NCBI GenBank assembly: GCA_016839815.1
Contig: JAEOTM010000177.1
Coordinates: 1-22,012, forward strand
Direction: 5' to 3'
Source of the DNA: Candidatus Hodarchaeota archaeon
Lineage (GTDB): Archaea > Asgardarchaeota > Heimdallarchaeia > Hodarchaeales > Hodarchaeaceae
DNA length: 22,012 nucleotides
Part shown: positions 17,456 through 22,012 of the stretch, one piece after another
How positions within the stretch are numbered: the first letter of the stretch is position 1
Layout: each line of letters starts with the position of its first letter
Notes under the pieces: model-generated
Databases searched by the model: none
What the model saw: the letters and a program-made list of their open reading frames with translations, nothing else
What the model was told of the DNA's origin: nothing
Translations under genes and position numbers: made by a program

Positions 17456-18471
17456 TCATTGATCTAAAGTAACAGTAATATGACCTCTTTTGTCTCCTGA
17501 TTCAGCATATCGATGAGCTTCGACCATTTGTTCAAAGCTAAACTTTTTGTCAATAATAGCTTTAATTTTTCCAGCTTCTATCATGTCTTTAATATCAAGA
17601 AGATCGTCTTTCTTTTCGGGGGATAGCGCACAGATTACTTTTTTACTACCATAGAGTTTAGTACGTAACATTTGTCCTAGCTGTCTCAGTTTAAATTGGG
17701 CTAAAAGATAACATCCAGTAGGTTTGAGAATATATTTCACTTGTTTAAAGCTACTTTTTCCTAGACTTGAGTCAAGAACAATATCATAAGTTTCCCAGAA
17801 TTTCTCTTTAGTATAATCAATAACTTTTTTCGCTCCCAAAGCTTTCACAAATTCTAGTCTTGGTGTTCCGCATACTCCAGTTACTTCTGCGCCAAAGTGA
17901 TTACTAGCCAATTGGACAGCTGCAGAACCAATTCCTCCAGAGGCACCATTTATTAAGATTTTCTGTCCTTTCTGTAGATCTACTTTCTTCAATAAGTTCA
18001 ATGCCATTATTGAACCCATGGGAAGTACTGTGGTCTCCTCATATGACATATTCTTCGGGAGGGAACTAATATTCCCTTTTTTTCAGACATTACTATGTAC
18101 TCGGCATAAGCACGCATACTTTGACTGCTGTATCCGAGTACTTTTTCCCCTGGCTTGAATCCTGTTACTTTGTTTCCAATAGTTTCAACAACACCAGCAA
18201 ATTCGTTCCCTAAGATCTTGTTACGGGGTTTTCTAATCCCAAAGGCAAGTTTAGCAAAGAACCAGAATAGCATAGGCATGGCAAACTTACTGGGAGAAAT
18301 ACTTCTAAAATTCCTTGCGATTAAGTCTCCATAATTCACAGTTGTTGCTTTAACAGAAACTAAAATTTCATTTTCCTTAGGAATGGGTTTGTCTACCTCC
18401 TCTAATTTTAATACCTCCGGTGGTCCATACTCTCGGTATACGATTGCTTTCATTTTTTCTTTGTTTGTCAT
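17456..18471 (-). pseudogene. Frameshifted MDR-family oxidoreductase (halves are tracked ORFs 18007..18480 and 17456..18049)
   Basis: The N-half (EYGPPEVL..GNEFAG..YAEY) and C-half (PKNMSYEE..GASGGIG..AHRYAESGDKRGH) are in different frames and join by a -1 shift at the A7 run 18077-18083. This could be a true pseudogene, a sequencing error or recoding. Confidence 0.85.
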
Positions 18472-18582
18472 TTTTCTCACGACTATTACCTTTAAGGAGT
18501 TTCTATATTTCTCTGTCTTGTATATTGAAATAAATACTTCGATCTTGTTTCTGGTACTTCAGTCACTATAATGAAGTTTTCA

Positions 18583-19551
18583 TCAATCTATATATAATAC
18601 AACCTGTCCTTTTTTCTGGCCAGACTCAACATAAAGATGAGCTTCAGCAGCTTGTTCCATCAAGAATCGCTTATCTATTACTGATTTTAAATTTCCAGCC
18701 TCAATCTGATCTTTAAGATACACTAGATCTTCAGGCTTATCTTCTAGAACTCCAAAAACTATTTTCTTTCTGCTGATCAATTTAAACCACAATATTTGGA
18801 AAAGCTTGGGCATTCCAAAAGTAGTAAATAGATAGAATCCCTCATTGTTCAATAGATTCTTGCATTTGCGAACACTGCTTTTTCCCATGGTATCGAGAAT
18901 TAAGTCGTACTTTTTGTTGCTTACGGTATAATCTTCTTTAATATAATCAATGACTCTATCAGCTCCTAGAGATTTCACCAACTCAAGTTTTGAAGTGCTA
19001 CATACTCCAGTGACTTCACACTCAAATAAATTTTTAGCAATTTGCACAGCAAATATTCCAACTCCTCCTGAAGCTCCAATGATTAATACTCTTTGCTTTT
19101 TCTGGATATTTCCTTTTCTCAAGAAGTATAATGCGGTTAATGCCCCTTGTGGAACAACAGCGGCCTCATCAAACGTCATGGTAGCTGGTTTTATTGCCAA
19201 TGTCGCATCTTCAGGTAGGCATAAATATTCGGCATAAGCACCTGATGGTAAAAATCCATAGACTTCGTGATCTTTTTTGAACTTGGTAACATTTTTACCT
19301 ACAGCCTCAACTTTTCCAGCAAATTCCGTACCAATTATCGATTGCTTGGGTTTTCTAAAACCAGATTCTAAACGCGATAGTAGACCGAATCCAGGTGGAG
19401 CAGTTCCACTTCGTGTCCAACAGTCATATAAAGTCACCGATGACGCATAATTTCTTATTAATACTTCATTACTTGCAGGAGTAAGTTTCTCCATCTCTTT
19501 GAGATGAAGTACTTTGGGTTCACCATATCTTATTCGATTTATCACTCTCAT
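18583..19551 (-). CDS. NAD(P)-dependent MDR-family oxidoreductase (zinc-independent)
   Basis: RYGEPKVL, GTEFAG, GAYAEY, GASGGVG, GADRVIDY, AHLYVESGQKKGQV. Confidence 0.92.
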   Translation of the reverse strand: MRVINRIRYGEPKVLHLKEMEKLTPASNEVLIRNYASSVTLYDCWTRSGTAPPGFGLLSRLESGFRKPKQSIIGTEFAGKVEAVGKNVTKFKKDHEVYGFLPSGAYAEYLCLPEDATLAIKPATMTFDEAAVVPQGALTALYFLRKGNIQKKQRVLIIGASGGVGIFAVQIAKNLFECEVTGVCSTSKLELVKSLGADRVIDYIKEDYTVSNKKYDLILDTMGKSSVRKCKNLLNNEGFYLFTTFGMPKLFQILWFKLISRKKIVFGVLEDKPEDLVYLKDQIEAGNLKSVIDKRFLMEQAAEAHLYVESGQKKGQVVLYID

Positions 19552-19602
19552 ACCAAGTTCTCCTATGATGGTTAGTTTCCACTTTCTATCCGTTTTTAGA
19601 TT

Positions 19603-20379
19603 CTAATTCACTTTTTTTACCAGAAAACGAAAGTTCTTGGGACCATTTTCTTCAGAGAGTAAGAGCTCTTGACCAGTAGAACGAGCCCAGGAAGGAATAT
19701 CAGTTCTTGGGTCAGTAACTAATACCTCCAAGACTTGACCAGGATTTAATGATTTAATTGCTTTTTTAGACTTTAAAACAGGTGTTGGACAGAGTAAATT
19801 ACGTGCATCTACAGTGTAGTGTATTTCACCCACATATCCTTTATCAACTGTTCTCTCCTCTTTGAACATTCCAGTGTTATCCCTCAAATACGCAATTTGA
19901 TCATCTAAATTTTGAGTAATGGGATATCCTTTTGCAGTCCATGCATCCAAACCATCACGTAAACTTTTTACATCCTTAAACCCTGCCTCTACTAGGATAT
20001 CAACAGCAACCAATGATAAACCTCCTCCTGGACAAAGAGTAATAACCTCTTTTTCTTTATAGGATTGAAGGTCATTAAAATTATCTTTTAACTTCGTAAT
20101 TGGGATTAATCTAGCGTTTGGAATATGTCCTTTAACAAATTCCTTCAGGGTTCGTATATCAAGAATTAATGGAGGATCACTTGATTTAAAGCGGTTATAC
20201 AGCTCGTCAACTGTAATTTCAGACCATTCAATTTTATTATAATAAAACATCATCCTGAAGGTCTTTCTCCAATATCTGAATACGTTCTTGAGATAAAAAA
20301 CCTTAGTCGACCGATTTTTCCCATATTTTTTCTCCATACGTTTCTTCAAACGCTGGTTATTCAAGCCATTATTTTCCAT
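19603..20379 (-). CDS. Rhodanese domain + TusA/SirA domain fusion sulfurtransferase
   Basis: LILDIRT..EF..GHIPNA, active loop CPGGGLS, LRDGLDAW..GYP. C-terminal DARNLLCPTPVL..L.PGQVLEVLVTDP..DIPSW. Confidence 0.88.
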   Translation of the reverse strand: MENNGLNNQRLKKRMEKKYGKNRSTKVFYLKNVFRYWRKTFRMMFYYNKIEWSEITVDELYNRFKSSDPPLILDIRTLKEFVKGHIPNARLIPITKLKDNFNDLQSYKEKEVITLCPGGGLSLVAVDILVEAGFKDVKSLRDGLDAWTAKGYPITQNLDDQIAYLRDNTGMFKEERTVDKGYVGEIHYTVDARNLLCPTPVLKSKKAIKSLNPGQVLEVLVTDPRTDIPSWARSTGQELLLSEENGPKNFRFLVKKVN

Positions 20380-20400
20380 ATCAAATACCTAATTCTATCA

Positions 20401-21138
20401 TCAATGAAGTTTCCTAACAAGAAAACGGAAATTTTGAGAAGTTTGTTCCTCAGAAAGTATAAGTTCCTGTTCTGTAACATGAATCCACGATGGAATATCT
20501 GATACACTACCTGGATCCGTTGTTAATATTTCTAATACCTCCCCGACGTCTAACGTTTTCAAAGCCTTCTTAGACTTTAGGATTGGTTTTGGACAAAGCA
20601 TACCACGTGCGTCTACTGTCTGGGTTATTTTTCCCTCAAATTTTCTTGGAGGAGTTTTCTCTATTGTTTTAGAAACAGGATTAATTTCTTCAGAAAGAGT
20701 TTCACTAGTTGGTATTGATTTAACAAGTGGATACCCCCGATCAGCCCACTCCCAGATGCCACCCTTAAGACTCTTTGCATCAAAACCTTCCTTGATAAGT
20801 AGTTCTGCTGCAACCAAAGACATTCCTCCTCCTGGACAGATAGTCACCATTTCTTTACTTTTAGGAAGTTCCTCAAACAATGAGGAGAGTTCCATTATAG
20901 GAACCCACCGTGATCCTAAGATATGTCCGTGTTTATCATATTTATTGGTTCCAAGACCATCAAAATCCGCCTTATCACGATTATCAAGAATAAGTGGAGG
21001 ATCGGAAGATTCTAATCGCTCCGCTAGTTGGTCTACAGTAATTTCGGGAATATTTGGTAGGTACCATTTTCTTTTTAGGGCTTTAAAGAGGAATAATCGA
21101 ATGAATTTTAAGCCCATTCGCACTCTACTAATTGACAT
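20401..21138 (-). CDS. Rhodanese domain + TusA/SirA domain fusion sulfurtransferase
   Basis: LILDNRD..GHILGS, active loop CPGGGMS, LKGGIWEW..GYP. C-terminal DARGMLCPKPIL..GEVLEILTTDPGS..DIPSW. Confidence 0.88.
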   Translation of the reverse strand: MSISRVRMGLKFIRLFLFKALKRKWYLPNIPEITVDQLAERLESSDPPLILDNRDKADFDGLGTNKYDKHGHILGSRWVPIMELSSLFEELPKSKEMVTICPGGGMSLVAAELLIKEGFDAKSLKGGIWEWADRGYPLVKSIPTSETLSEEINPVSKTIEKTPPRKFEGKITQTVDARGMLCPKPILKSKKALKTLDVGEVLEILTTDPGSVSDIPSWIHVTEQELILSEEQTSQNFRFLVRKLH

Positions 21139-21175
21139 TGCATTCCACCTTTTTAGTAATAACTATATTATTTAC

Positions 21176-22012
21176 TCAGATTGATGGGAAACTCTCATCT
21201 TCCATCAACCCATACAGTTGAGTATTTTTATAGACTTTCGTAGCTAAATCAACGAGGGAACCGATTACTCCTATCACTGCTAAAATTAATAATACATTTT
21301 CAGATAGAGGAATGACTTCTTTTAACAGGTGTAAATTAGCAAGGAAATAAGCTGCGACAATAAAATCAGCAATTCCTGTGAATATCAATATTATATTCAT
21401 TTTAAACTGATAATTTGGTTCACTTGTCCCAATTTTTGCCAAATTAATGATACCCGCAAGTATTGCCAATGTTCCAATTATTGTTAACAATGTATGTAAC
21501 TCGACTGATAACCCTACGACTTCTGATCTCATTGCGACTGTGTTCCGACCTAACAGATCCAAGATAAAATTGATAATAATCCTGAATAGATTAATCATAT
21601 CAATAGGAATGATGATTATAAGTAACCCAAAGAGCGATCCGACTAAGCCATTAAATACAAATTCATCTGGTTTGTAGAATTTAGATTTTGGATCTTTTTC
21701 TTTATCCACTTTTTTACTAGTATCTAGATCTTCTGGGAAGTAACCTTCATGGGATAACCCGACGAAAATCCAAGTAATAACCATTAAAAATGTCATGATA
21801 GTTGGAAACGAAAGAGTTAATCCGTTAATCAGTGCTTGTCCAAAATTATTGGGTTCGATTACTACAACTTGAACAGTAGCAATCACTAGAAATACAATAA
21901 TCCCTATAATCCAATTAACATTCGTATAAATGGACCATAACTCTTCTGAAATAAAATATTTAGGAGTCCCTCGTTTCTTATAACTCCGAGCCATTTCTTT
22001 GGGAGATCCTAG
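21176..22012 (-). CDS. Multi-pass membrane protein, 5'-truncated by the window edge; probable HAAS-domain protein
   Basis: The frame is open to the window end and reads LGSPKEMARSY.. before the tracked Met. LGxPxExA..Y is the typical end of a HAAS (DUF1700-like) domain. About 6 TM segments follow. Confidence 0.65.
   Translation of the reverse strand, partial: LGSPKEMARSYKKRGTPKYFISEELWSIYTNVNWIIGIIVFLVIATVQVVVIEPNNFGQALINGLTLSFPTIMTFLMVITWIFVGLSHEGYFPEDLDTSKKVDKEKDPKSKFYKPDEFVFNGLVGSLFGLLIIIIPIDMINLFRIIINFILDLLGRNTVAMRSEVVGLSVELHTLLTIIGTLAILAGIINLAKIGTSEPNYQFKMNIILIFTGIADFIVAAYFLANLHLLKEVIPLSENVLLILAVIGVIGSLVDLATKVYKNTQLYGLMEDESFPSI

Noticed and set aside
9221-19551. Annotation of the MDRs as zinc-dependent alcohol dehydrogenases
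   Set aside because: The catalytic Cys/GHE motif and the structural four-Cys zinc loop are absent in all copies.
17456-21178. Selenocysteine read-through at TGA stops (17456, 18583, 20401, 21176)
   Set aside because: The TGAs fall at natural protein ends, no conserved Cys position is replaced by TGA, one is followed by further stops (TGA TGA TAG), and no SECIS-like element was recognised.
1213-21677. Short tracked ORFs overlapping larger genes (e.g. 1213..1470, 2926..3108, 6423..6641, 9624..9899, 12432..12644, 13447..13803, 14773..15159, 16932..17273, 18950..19237, 20756..21184, 21447..21677)
   Set aside because: Antisense or alternate-frame shadows of well-supported genes with no recognisable motifs. 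The similarity between 9624..9899 and 18950..19237 merely mirrors the MDR paralogy.

Overview
AT-rich, gene-dense prokaryotic window with no rRNA, tRNA, CRISPR array or transposase that I can support. The host is probably an archaeon, possibly Asgard (Heimdall/Loki-like). This is inferred from the TPR protein style, GGTGA/GAGTG-type RBSs, TATA-like boxes and N-glycosylation sequons in a permease. The plus strand (1-6202) carries an apparently chimeric ABC ATPase (LolD-like N-half, exporter-type C-half), an ABC exporter half-transporter, a membrane protein, a radical SAM enzyme and a TPR protein whose frame extends about 156 codons upstream of the called ATG. The minus strand (6296-22012) is one co-oriented block. 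In transcription order it holds a HAAS-like membrane protein (partial), two tandem rhodanese-TusA fusions with an unusual CPGGG(L/M)S loop, and an array of zinc-independent MDR/quinone-oxidoreductase-like paralogs. The array has three intact copies, one copy split at an A_AAA_AAG site and one unannotated remnant. It is interleaved with DUF4386/DUF6326-like membrane proteins and interrupted by a LolD/FtsX-type ABC system with two different ATPases, one carrying an AbrB-like segment and a zinc ribbon. The block ends with a flavodoxin and a diacylglycerol-kinase-family enzyme fused to a multi-pass membrane domain. All family calls come from motif recognition, not database searches.
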